Positions 8,581 through 15,717 of a stretch of 32,000 bases of DNA are shown here, one piece after another; position 1 is the first letter of the stretch; each line of letters starts with the position of its first letter. The DNA is from Ignicoccus islandicus DSM 13165. GTDB lineage: Archaea; Thermoproteota; Thermoprotei_A; Sulfolobales; Ignicoccaceae. A program made the translations under genes and the position numbers. The notes beneath the pieces are model-generated. The model was not told the DNA's origin. It saw only the letters and a list, made by a program, of their open reading frames with translations, and did not search any database. The DNA lies in contig NZ_CP006867.1 of assembly GCF_001481685.1 (NCBI RefSeq), positions 240,001-272,000 of the forward strand. Direction: 5' to 3'.

Positions 8581-8772
8581 GTGAAAAGGTTGAGAAAGGG
8601 ACTCATTAGCGATATAATAGCGGAATACTTAACTCCAATTAACATGCTCCTATTCATTACGTTCTTGATGATGATAGCTGTAATAGCTTGGTTCATCAAC
8701 GTTTGGTGGACCGTGGAGCAACAGAAGCTCTTGTTACTAAAGCAGTCTCAGCAAGCCGTCTCGGTTCCCTAA
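8581..8772 (+). CDS. Possible small membrane protein
   Basis: 63-aa GTG-start ORF with one strong hydrophobic helix (MLLFITFLMMIAVIAWFINVWW). Weak support. Confidence 0.2.
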   Translation: MKRLRKGLISDIIAEYLTPINMLLFITFLMMIAVIAWFINVWWTVEQQKLLLLKQSQQAVSVP

Positions 8773-9350
8773 AGGTAGCCCCTTACGAGGGCGTATCCCT
8801 TCTTTCTCTTCACCTCGACTTCTCTGAAGAGCTCTTTGAAGAGTTCCTCTGCCCGTTCACCGCCTTTAGCGAAAACCATTTGAAGCGATCCGCCCTTAGC
8901 CAGCCTCTCCGGAGCGCCCCTAATTACGCTCTCAACTACCTCTTTGCCTGCCGCGAGCGGCGGGTTACTTACTATAGTTGAAAATTCCCTCAAGCCTAAG
9001 GCATCCGTTGGCTCGTATAGGTTTCCTTGCAAGACCGTTACCTCTAAACCGTTTCTCTCAGCGTTCCTCCTGCTGGCCTTCACTGCTTGGGGGTTCACGT
9101 CCACCATGTATACGTCTAGTTGAGGGTTGAATGCCTTAGCGAAGAGCCCTATTGGCCCGTAACCGCAACCTATATCGAGAAGCTTCCCCTTGTCCGGTAT
9201 TTCCATCCACTCTATCAGTAACCTAGTTCCCAAATCTATTTGGGAACTGGAGAAGAGGCCCGGTGGTGTGGTTAGTACTAGCCTCACTCCCCTAGCTTCC
9301 AATACTATCTCTATCGGTCTCCCGCCTTTTCCCTTTTTATAGTAATGCAA
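8769..9350 (-). CDS. Class I SAM-dependent methyltransferase, small-domain (RsmC/RsmD-like) type
   Basis: 193 aa. SAM motif I LLDIGCGYGPIG, acidic loop MVDVN, catalytic-type IVSNPP motif. Confidence 0.8.
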   Translation of the reverse strand: MHYYKKGKGGRPIEIVLEARGVRLVLTTPPGLFSSSQIDLGTRLLIEWMEIPDKGKLLDIGCGYGPIGLFAKAFNPQLDVYMVDVNPQAVKASRRNAERNGLEVTVLQGNLYEPTDALGLREFSTIVSNPPLAAGKEVVESVIRGAPERLAKGGSLQMVFAKGGERAEELFKELFREVEVKRKKGYALVRGYL

Positions 9351-9406
9351 TTCTTACCCAAGCTTGAAAACTGCTCCTCCGTTATTGGTATTGCGGTGAA
9401 AGGCAA

Positions 9407-10330
9407 TTGTATAAGGTACCATTAAAGACTTTCAACTGGTTCATAGAGGTTCAAACGCCTTGTTCAGCTCACATGCACGGAATAGAAGAAGTTTACTATA
9501 AAGGCAGGAGTCAGTACCAAGAGATAGTCGTAGCGAAGCTCTGCAACGTCGGGAAGGCCCTCATATTAGACGGCAAAATTCAATCGAGCGAATACGACGA
9601 ATGGATTTATCATGAGAGCTTAGTTCATCCAGTAATGATCGCTCACCCCAATCCCAAGAGAGTCGCTATACTGGGAGGTGGCGAGGGCGCTACGCTAAGG
9701 GAAGTGTTAAAGTACGATGTAGAGAAAGTTGTAATGGTTGACTTGGATAGGGAGGTGGTAGAGGTAGCTAAGAAGTTCTTGCCGGAATGGCACAAGGGCG
9801 CCTTCGATGATCCGAGGACGGAATTAGTAATAAAGGACGGTAGGAAGTTCTTGGAAGAAACGGAGCCCGGGTCATTCGACGTAATTATACTTGATCTCGT
9901 CGATCCGTTCGAAGGTGGACCAGCCGCTAAGCTGTACACAAAGGAGTTCTATCAGCTAGTAAAGAGGGCTCTCAGGGAAGGAGGTATAATGGTTACGCAA
10001 GCAACTTCAACGTCCTATACGCTCAAGATGTTCTCAGTAATATATAGAACAGTAAAGGAAGTGTTCGCTAATGCTAACGGCTACCATTCCTTCATTCAAG
10101 CCTTCGATAGCACTTGGGGCTTCGTGTGGGGTTCCGATGCGATTAATCTAAACGAACTGAAGCCGGAAGAGGTAGATTCAAGGATAAAGGCAAGGGTTAG
10201 AGGAGAGTTGAGGTACTACGACGGTTTGACTCACCTGAGCATGACCAACTTACCTAAGCATGTCAGGAAAGCTATGGAAAGTGAGACCATTGTTAGTACC
10301 GATGAGAAACCCTTCCTTCTAGAAGTTTAG
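9407..10330 (+). CDS. speE: Spermidine synthase / polyamine aminopropyltransferase
   Basis: 307 aa. YQEIVV...LDGKIQSSEYDEWIYHE...ILGGGEGATLREVLK...VDLD...DVIILDLVDP are the canonical SpeE blocks. Confidence 0.85.
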   Translation: MYKVPLKTFNWFIEVQTPCSAHMHGIEEVYYKGRSQYQEIVVAKLCNVGKALILDGKIQSSEYDEWIYHESLVHPVMIAHPNPKRVAILGGGEGATLREVLKYDVEKVVMVDLDREVVEVAKKFLPEWHKGAFDDPRTELVIKDGRKFLEETEPGSFDVIILDLVDPFEGGPAAKLYTKEFYQLVKRALREGGIMVTQATSTSYTLKMFSVIYRTVKEVFANANGYHSFIQAFDSTWGFVWGSDAINLNELKPEEVDSRIKARVRGELRYYDGLTHLSMTNLPKHVRKAMESETIVSTDEKPFLLEV

Positions 10331-11676
10331 AGGAACTTATCTTTTAGTTCTTCGACGTACCTTACGCTGTCCTTTACGTCCACGAACTTCTTCTCGACTT
10401 CCTCAACGTCTTCAGCCTTTACTTCTTCCCTTCCCTTCCTATGAGCAACTATTCTGGCTGGCTGCATGAGGTGTATCGCGTACCTCAAGCTCCTCTGTTC
10501 GCCTATTTCACCTAGCTTCTTTACTGCGTCTTCACTCAACTTCACTCCTTCCTCTTCAGCTCTTATTCTAACTATTTCTTCGATCTCGTCCCTCGTGTAA
10601 GGCCTAGTTCTAACTATTAACAATCTGTCCAACATGTCCAGAGGCATTCCGTGGGGAGCTACTTCGTCTGTACCCCTTATTTTGGCCATGCCTCTGTTAG
10701 TTGCCAATACTATTATTGGCGCGAACTCCTTTTCCATCGCTCTTGATAGGAAGCTGAATACCTCGAGATCGAGCATGTGGGCGTCATCGATGAAGAGGAC
10801 GCCGGGCACTAGCTCGCCCTTGCCTTCCTTTAACCACTCGCTCACTAACTTATCAACTTGCTTCCTCACTTCGTCGCTAACGCTCTCCGGACCGAAGCCG
10901 GCAAGTAAGCTGAGCGGGGCTTGTTGAGCAGCGTAGTAAGTGTCTAAATCGTGAAGAGTTAAGGTGTGAACGACTTCCGTTTCTTTGAACACGGGACCCT
11001 TCGGTAGCTCAGTCTCTTTTATTAGCTTTATCCCACTACTCTCCTCCTCTTTGCTTTTAGCTCTCCCTATTTTGTAGACTCTTCCGGTATCCGCGTCTAT
11101 GGCTATCACGTCTCCCCTCCTAATGCCCAATTGCAGAAGTTGGTACGCTATTTCTTCATCAGCCCTCAGCTCCTTTTCGTCGTCCTCTGTTTCGAGAGTA
11201 ATGATAGCTTCCCTAGGCACCTTAACGTAGGGGTTGTAGGGATGCCTTACCATTTTGAACTTCAAGTTCTTTACTACGCCTTCATACACCTTTCTCTTTT
11301 CCTTTATTCTTATTCCTATTGCCCTCCTCATTGCTTGCATCAAGACCTCGCTCTTCCTTGGACTACCCATTATTTCGGAACCGCCTAGAGCAACGAAAGG
11401 CGTGTCTTCGCCGAGCTCCTTCGCTAACGCTATTGCAAGCGCCGTCTTACCGGTTCCAGGCGGACCAACTATCAGAACGCCCCTACCGGCCATTCTTCCT
11501 TCTCTTACCATCTCAACGACTAGTCCTAGAGCTTCCCTTGCCTCCTCTTGACCCACTAGCCCGTCTGCTACCTTCTTCGCCCTGCCTTTCTCATCAAGAC
11601 CCAAACCTCTTATATGAGTATGGAAGCCAACCCTTACTTCGCCCTTACTCGTCTTTGGTATTTCCTCAATTACCAC
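10327..11676 (-). CDS. TIP49 / RuvB-like AAA+ ATPase
   Basis: 449 aa. HTHIRGLGLD start block, Walker A GPPGTGKTALA, inserted OB-like domain II, Walker B VLFIDDAHMLD, sensor TNRG. This is the typical RuvBL1/2 (TBP-interacting protein) architecture. Confidence 0.85.
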   Translation of the reverse strand: MVIEEIPKTSKGEVRVGFHTHIRGLGLDEKGRAKKVADGLVGQEEAREALGLVVEMVREGRMAGRGVLIVGPPGTGKTALAIALAKELGEDTPFVALGGSEIMGSPRKSEVLMQAMRRAIGIRIKEKRKVYEGVVKNLKFKMVRHPYNPYVKVPREAIITLETEDDEKELRADEEIAYQLLQLGIRRGDVIAIDADTGRVYKIGRAKSKEEESSGIKLIKETELPKGPVFKETEVVHTLTLHDLDTYYAAQQAPLSLLAGFGPESVSDEVRKQVDKLVSEWLKEGKGELVPGVLFIDDAHMLDLEVFSFLSRAMEKEFAPIIVLATNRGMAKIRGTDEVAPHGMPLDMLDRLLIVRTRPYTRDEIEEIVRIRAEEEGVKLSEDAVKKLGEIGEQRSLRYAIHLMQPARIVAHRKGREEVKAEDVEEVEKKFVDVKDSVRYVEELKDKFL

Positions 11677-11736
11677 TATCTAATCCCCAGAGACAGATCA
11701 ATCATCGGTTATATTTAAGTTTTTGCATAAATTTAG

Positions 11737-12222
11737 CATTCACCATCCCATGGTGAATCCTCATCTCCACCTCTTGTCCAAATTAACTTTTCAATTTACT
11801 CACAATCAATTTACTCATTTCCTCAACCTTAACCATTTGAATTCAGAAATGATGGTCTCATTAAGCACCTTCAGTTTCTACTAGACTTCATAATGCTCAA
11901 TTCCATTTAAACCTAATCATTCAAAATTGCCTTTAAGAAATCAAATGCAATTTACCACTCTAGAGCTCAGACCATCAGTACATGGTCCTTTCAAGATCGA
12001 TCTTTACAATGAGAAGTTGCATTGAGGGGTTAATAAGCGATCATGGGAACTTTGATGATCATGGGGATTTCCACTCCAGCCTACCTTATACAAGCATATG
12101 CATGCATATATTGGACAACTAATTGAGTTCAAGTTCTGGAAGGGAAGGTGTGAATGTGGAAAGGAGAGCTAAGGGAAAGGGTTAAAAGATGGGGAATTGG
12201 TTGTTTAAATAGGAGGGCAACG
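11737..12222 (+). promoter_or_regulatory. CRISPR leader 2 (486 bp), paralogous to 863-1348
   Basis: Same length as leader 1 and alignable throughout, roughly 85-90% identity by eye. Same 9-bp inverted repeat at the distal edge (11738-11758). Same TTTAAATA box (12204-12211) beginning 19 nt before repeat 1. Confidence 0.75.
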
Positions 12223-12985
12223 GTAGAATCCCAATAGGGAATAGAAAGTCTCTTCCATCTCATTCACCTCATACTATACTACTCATGTGCAGTAGAATCC
12301 CAATAGGGAATAGAAAGCTAAGGAGGTCGGCGATATCGTCGAACCCCTCCTCTTGTAGAATCCCAATAGGGAATAGAAAGTTTCGTCATTGTGATGATCG
12401 AAGATGACCACTCTTATTCCTGTAGAATCCCAATAGGGAATAGAAAGAAACGATAGAGCACGTTCACTTCAGTACTTTCGTTTTCGAGTAGAATCCCAAT
12501 AGGGAATAGAAAGTAACGCAATACTCGGTTTTCTCTCGAGTTTCACGCCCGATCCGAGTGTAGAATCCCAATAGGGAATAGAAAGACCCCCGATTCTGTC
12601 CACAATCTCCCGTAAGATTTAAACATGTAGAATCCCAATAGGGAATAGAAAGCAACTTTACCGTTATAGTATCCGAGCGCTATCCTGTCCCTCGTAGAAT
12701 CCCAATAGGGAATAGAAAGAGACTCCGTATGATTCTTTAAAACGGTATAGGCTTCCATTGTAGAATCCCAATAGGGAATAGAAAGCTCGTTGAAATCGAA
12801 CTATCAAAGCACCATGCAATCATATCTAGTAGAATCCCAATAGGGAATAGAAAGACGCATCTTGGAGAAGCTGAACGTACCAATTCCGAAAGAAGTAGAA
12901 TCCCAAGATGGAATAGAAAGCCCTCCAAAACTTTGCCGTACTGGGTGGCTACGTGTTTGGTAGAGATCCATGATGAAATGGAAAC
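12223..12985 (+). CRISPR. CRISPR array 2: 12 repeats of 26 nt, 11 unique spacers of 37-46 nt
   Basis: Repeats start at 12223, 12292, 12355, 12422, 12488, 12560, 12627, 12694, 12760, 12829, 12895 and 12960. Repeats 1-10 are GTAGAATCCCAATAGGGAATAGAAAG. Repeat 11 carries two substitutions (CCAAGATGG) and repeat 12 is degenerate (GTAGAGATCCATGATGAAATGGAAAC). Confidence 0.95.
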
Positions 12986-13083
12986 TTATTTCCTTCATAG
13001 AAAATGAATGAAAAAAGTTCACTCAAGCGCGCGAAAACGAATGGATAAAATTGGTTCCGAATCGAAGCCAATTCGAAGTTCAC

Positions 13084-13090
13084 TTTAAAT
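13084..13090 (+). promoter_or_regulatory. TATA-like box upstream of the tRNA-like gene
   Basis: TTTAAAT begins 31 nt before position 13115, which is the right distance for an archaeal promoter. Confidence 0.35.
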
Positions 13091-13114
13091 TTCCAACTCG
13101 TCTCTGTAGAAACT

Positions 13115-13196
13115 GGCCCCGTAGCTCAGCCAGGAGGAGCGCGGGCCTTCGGAGCCGCTAGGGTCCCCGGGCCCGCTAATCCCGGTGGGGCTGCCA
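13115..13196 (+). tRNA. tRNA-Arg(UCG)-like gene with a canonical 5' half and an aberrant 3' half (possible pseudogene or chimera)
   Basis: GGCCCCG-UA-GCUC-AGCCAGGAG-GAGC-G-CGGGC-CUUCGGA gives a textbook acceptor, D-arm, anticodon stem and loop (anticodon UCG). Downstream, the anticodon-stem 3' strand reads GCCGC (3/5 pairs). The variable/T region is 5 nt too long and lacks GTTCRAAT (it reads CCGGG-CCCGCTAAT-CCCGG). The acceptor 3' strand TGGGGCT forces G-U pairs at 1-72 and 7-66. It ends in GCCA. Confidence 0.5.
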
Positions 13197-13264
13197 CTTA
13201 TATGCCCTATTTTGTAGCCCCAAAATATTGTTTGTCTTATTTAGGGGTTAGCTGAATGTTGCTA

Positions 13265-13705
13265 TTATTTTAACAGTTTTCTTACTGCTTCAGTTATAGT
13301 CCATATTTCTACTATTTTAGCCCTTCTTAGGTTTTGGAAGTCTTTGTCATTAGTTATTAGGATGCAGTGTGCTTTGAGGCATGTTGCAGCGTGGTATATG
13401 TCTGCGCTCTCTGTCTCCGGGAAATATTGTTTAACCCTATTAACGTCGTCGTTGCTCGGGCGCTCTAATTTGGCCTTATCTTTTATCAGTGAGTATAGGT
13501 GTTCCGCTTGTTCGCGTATTCTGGGGAGTCTAGTAGATAGTATTTTAAACCACTTCTCATATTCTTTGAGGAGTACATCATCTACAATTAGTTCAACCTC
13601 GGGGTCTAGTAGTAATTTTAGGAGGAGTTCTGTTGTTGTCGTGTAACCTGATTTGAATGCCGATATAAAGACATTTGTGTCAATCATGTATCTTTTGTTT
13701 TGCAA
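13265..13705 (-). CDS. vapC: PIN-domain ribonuclease toxin VapC
   Basis: 146 aa. MIDTNVF (first acidic residue), later conserved acidic positions and ILITNDKDF near the C-terminus. Overlaps the upstream antitoxin gene; the probable real start is the internal ATG at 13687. Confidence 0.8.
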   Translation of the reverse strand: MQNKRYMIDTNVFISAFKSGYTTTTELLLKLLLDPEVELIVDDVLLKEYEKWFKILSTRLPRIREQAEHLYSLIKDKAKLERPSNDDVNRVKQYFPETESADIYHAATCLKAHCILITNDKDFQNLRRAKIVEIWTITEAVRKLLK

Positions 13706-13940
13706 GCTCGTTGGCCTCCTCTTCTATCTCCCTCTCTATCGCACTTATCTCCAGTCCGGCTTTTGTCACTTCTTCAGCTATATCCCTAAGCATCTTCTCG
13801 ACATCTATCTTCTTCAAAACAATAAGGTCATCCCTAAGCCCTACAACCATGAATGCATCCCCTCTCCTAAGCTTGAGTTCTTTCCTAAGCCTACTAGGAA
13901 CTACTATTCTTCCCCTATCATCTATGACCACAACACTCAA
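13680..13940 (-). CDS. vapB: AbrB/SpoVT-family antitoxin VapB
   Basis: 86 aa. IDDRGRIVVPSRLRKELKLRRGDAF is the looped-hinge-helix AbrB/MazE motif. Lies immediately upstream of and overlapping a PIN gene. Confidence 0.8.
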   Translation of the reverse strand: MSVVVIDDRGRIVVPSRLRKELKLRRGDAFMVVGLRDDLIVLKKIDVEKMLRDIAEEVTKAGLEISAIEREIEEEANELAKQKIHD

Positions 13941-14196
13941 CCCATAACACCCATATTACCCATTTTACCCACCCATTATTTTAAACCTTGCCAACCAATA
14001 TGCTTAATACAATACACTTGATCATCGATGCTACGATACTATACCCGATTCTCTTGAAAACAAACATAGATATAGGTGCACGCCATAATCAGTACACTTA
14101 ACCGATCCTTACCTCATATGTTTAGATCTCGAAGGCCCCCGTACAGTCAAACCTCATTGTATTAAGTCTTTTCTTGGGAGGCTTAATTATGTGGCC

Positions 14197-14656
14197 TTAT
14201 AGTCTCTCTGTACCTATTATTTTGAGCCATGGTATACGCTTAAAGTCTTCGTCGAACGTTGCTAGCGATTCTATGTTGCTATGCTTGCAAGTTAAGACTA
14301 TTTGCGCATCGTTTGGTGCCAGTCTATAAAACTCAATTGCCTTTACTAGCTCGTCTGGGTCTTGATAATCCCTTAGCATGGTTACTTTGAAATCTCTAAT
14401 GAAGTCGCTAACCTTTTCTATGGCTTCTTCGGGAAATCCGTGCTTGGCTATATGCTTCCTAAAAGAGTATTTTCCCTTAACACCATATTTTTACCCGTGC
14501 AATCTTGGCGCCTACGATGTAGAGCAACTCATTGTATACTATCATAGGGATAGCCATACCTCCTATAATGGCCTCCCGGAGGATTTTCTCTGAGGTATTT
14601 GTTAGTTCTGTTTCAAAGAGGAAGTGATAGATGACATTTGTATCAAGGCATATCAC
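14197..14656 (-). pseudogene. PIN-domain (VapC-like) toxin gene, frameshifted in a T5/A5 run at 14488-14492
   Basis: From GTG at 14656 (overlapping the antitoxin stop as GTGA) my translation gives VICLDTNVIYHF...VYNELLYIVGAKIARVK and then a stop. After a 1-nt shift it continues YGVKGKYSFRKHIAKHGFPEEAIEKV...RLAPNDAQIVLTCKH...TFDEDFKRIPWLKII. All four PIN acidic positions are present across the two frames. Confidence 0.65.
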
Positions 14657-14889
14657 TGGGTTTGTGCCTCCTCCTCGAGCTCCTTGAACTCCTCAACAGA
14701 TGATTTCCCGAGAACACCTCTGTACCTTTTGATTAGTTCATCTATGTCCTCTTCCACTATCACCTTGTACTCTTTGCCCTCCTCAAGGTTGACGCTATTC
14801 AGCGGTTTTAGCACGCCCTTCTCATACTTCACTCTAACAACCTTGGACAAATCTTCCGCACCCATATCAAATGTGGCTCCATTAACCAA
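14653..14889 (-). CDS. DUF104 (AF2212-like) putative antitoxin
   Basis: 78 aa. VRVKYEKGVLKPLNSVNLEEGKEYKVIV matches the YENGVLKPLE...L.EG core of the DUF104 family, which commonly pairs with archaeal PIN toxins. There is a 4-nt stop/start overlap with the PIN gene. Confidence 0.7.
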   Translation of the reverse strand: MVNGATFDMGAEDLSKVVRVKYEKGVLKPLNSVNLEEGKEYKVIVEEDIDELIKRYRGVLGKSSVEEFKELEEEAQTQ

Positions 14890-15009
14890 TTAGCCTTTCC
14901 CCATACCGGGTGTTTCCAAATTATCAGCAATGGTATTCGCGGTGATAAGCGTTCCTAAAGAGCGTTTCCAATTCATGGTTTCACTTGGAAACATGGTTAA
15001 TATGTTATC

Positions 15010-15057
15010 GGCCTTCGGAACTAATGGTCGCAAGTTCGAGTTCCGGCGGGTCAGCCA
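15010..15057 (+). other. Orphan, decayed tRNA 3'-half-like sequence (att-like partial repeat of 13144-13196)
   Basis: GG-CCTTCGGA-ACTAA-TGGTC-GCAAG-TTCGAGT-TCCGG-CGGGTCA-G-CCA has exact tRNA register (loop 7, stem 5, variable 5, T-stem 5, T-loop 7, T-stem 5, acceptor 7, discriminator, CCA) and a GTTCGAGT T-loop. The T-stem strands do not pair and no 5' half lies upstream. It shares GGCCTTCGGA and CCGG-Y-GGG...GCCAC with the tRNA-like gene. Confidence 0.3.
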
Positions 15058-15066
15058 CCTTCGTAT

Positions 15067-15511
15067 TCACGGGATTACCTTGAGCCATGGAACACGCTTG
15101 AAGTCTTCGTCGAACGTAAGGATAGTATCTATATCGTAGTGCTTGCAAGTTAAAGCTATGATGGCGTCGCTTGGCAACAATCTAAACTCCGTTAGAACTT
15201 TATATAGCTCGTGCTCGGTGTACATGCTTGGTATTAGCCCTATTATCTAATCTCTTAAATAATTCTCTAACAGCGTTCACTACTTCCTCGGGGTACCCAT
15301 GTTTCTTTACCCATTTCTTGGCTAAGTATGCTCCCTTTACCCCGTGTATGTGTTCTAGGTAACGTCTCGTTGACGCATATATTATCTCGTTATGAACCAT
15401 CATGTCAATGACATAATCACCGGGATTCTCTTCTAGTATGGTTAACGCTTCCTCTGTTCTAGGTGTTTTATGGAGGATATAATATAGTACGTTAGTGTCC
15501 ACGAAAATCAC
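15067..15511 (-). pseudogene. PIN-domain (VapC-like) toxin gene, frameshifted near 15238-15250
   Basis: ORF 15200-15511 gives VIFVDTNVLYYIL...HNEIIYAS...HGYPEEVVNAVRELFKRLDN and then reads out of frame. A different frame continues IGLIPSMYTEHELYKVLTEFRLLPSDAIIALTCKH...TFDEDFKRVPWLKVIP to the stop at 15067-15069. Paralogous to 14197-14656. Confidence 0.65.
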
Positions 15512-15717
15512 GACTGCCAGGCCTCCTCTAAGTACCTCTCTAGCTCCTCCTCGCTAGACTCGCCGAGAATACCGATAATACCTTTCAGCCTCTCCCTAAT
15601 GTTCTCCTCAATCCTTATCCTTACTTCTTCACCTTCTCTAAGCTTGACGGGTTCTAGAGGCTTTAGCACACCCTTCTCGTATCTTACTCTTATAACCTTG
15701 GACAATTCTAGCCCCAC
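15508..15717 (-). CDS. DUF104 (AF2212-like) putative antitoxin
   Basis: 69 aa. VIRVRYEKGVLKPLEPVKLREGEEVRIRI. There is a 4-nt overlap with the downstream PIN gene. Paralogous to 14653-14889. Confidence 0.7.
   Translation of the reverse strand: MGLELSKVIRVRYEKGVLKPLEPVKLREGEEVRIRIEENIRERLKGIIGILGESSEEELERYLEEAWQS

Noticed and set aside
1349-12985. Self-targeting spacers against sequence in this window
   Set aside because: I saw no spacer with an extended match to the rest of the window by eye. This cannot be excluded without a computed search, so no claim is made.
12464-13022. Minus-strand ORFs 12464-12655, 12543-12758, 12737-12928 and 12804-13022
   Set aside because: Same artefact over CRISPR array 2, with repeat-derived peptides FPIGIL / SLLGFY / PYWDST recurring every ~22 codons.
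13115-13196. Possibility that the aberrant tRNA is a split tRNA 5' half (Nanoarchaeum/Caldivirga style) or carries a non-canonical intron
   Set aside because: The excess length is only about 5 nt, too short for a bulge-helix-bulge intron. The candidate partner at 15010 repeats the anticodon-loop sequence in direct rather than complementary sense, which fits an att-type repeat and not a trans-splicing leader.
14378-15139. Plus-strand ORFs 14378-14593, 14624-14893 and 14930-15139
   Set aside because: They are antisense to the PIN/DUF104 genes, or span the tRNA-half-like relic. Products are S/L/F-rich, typical of antisense frames.
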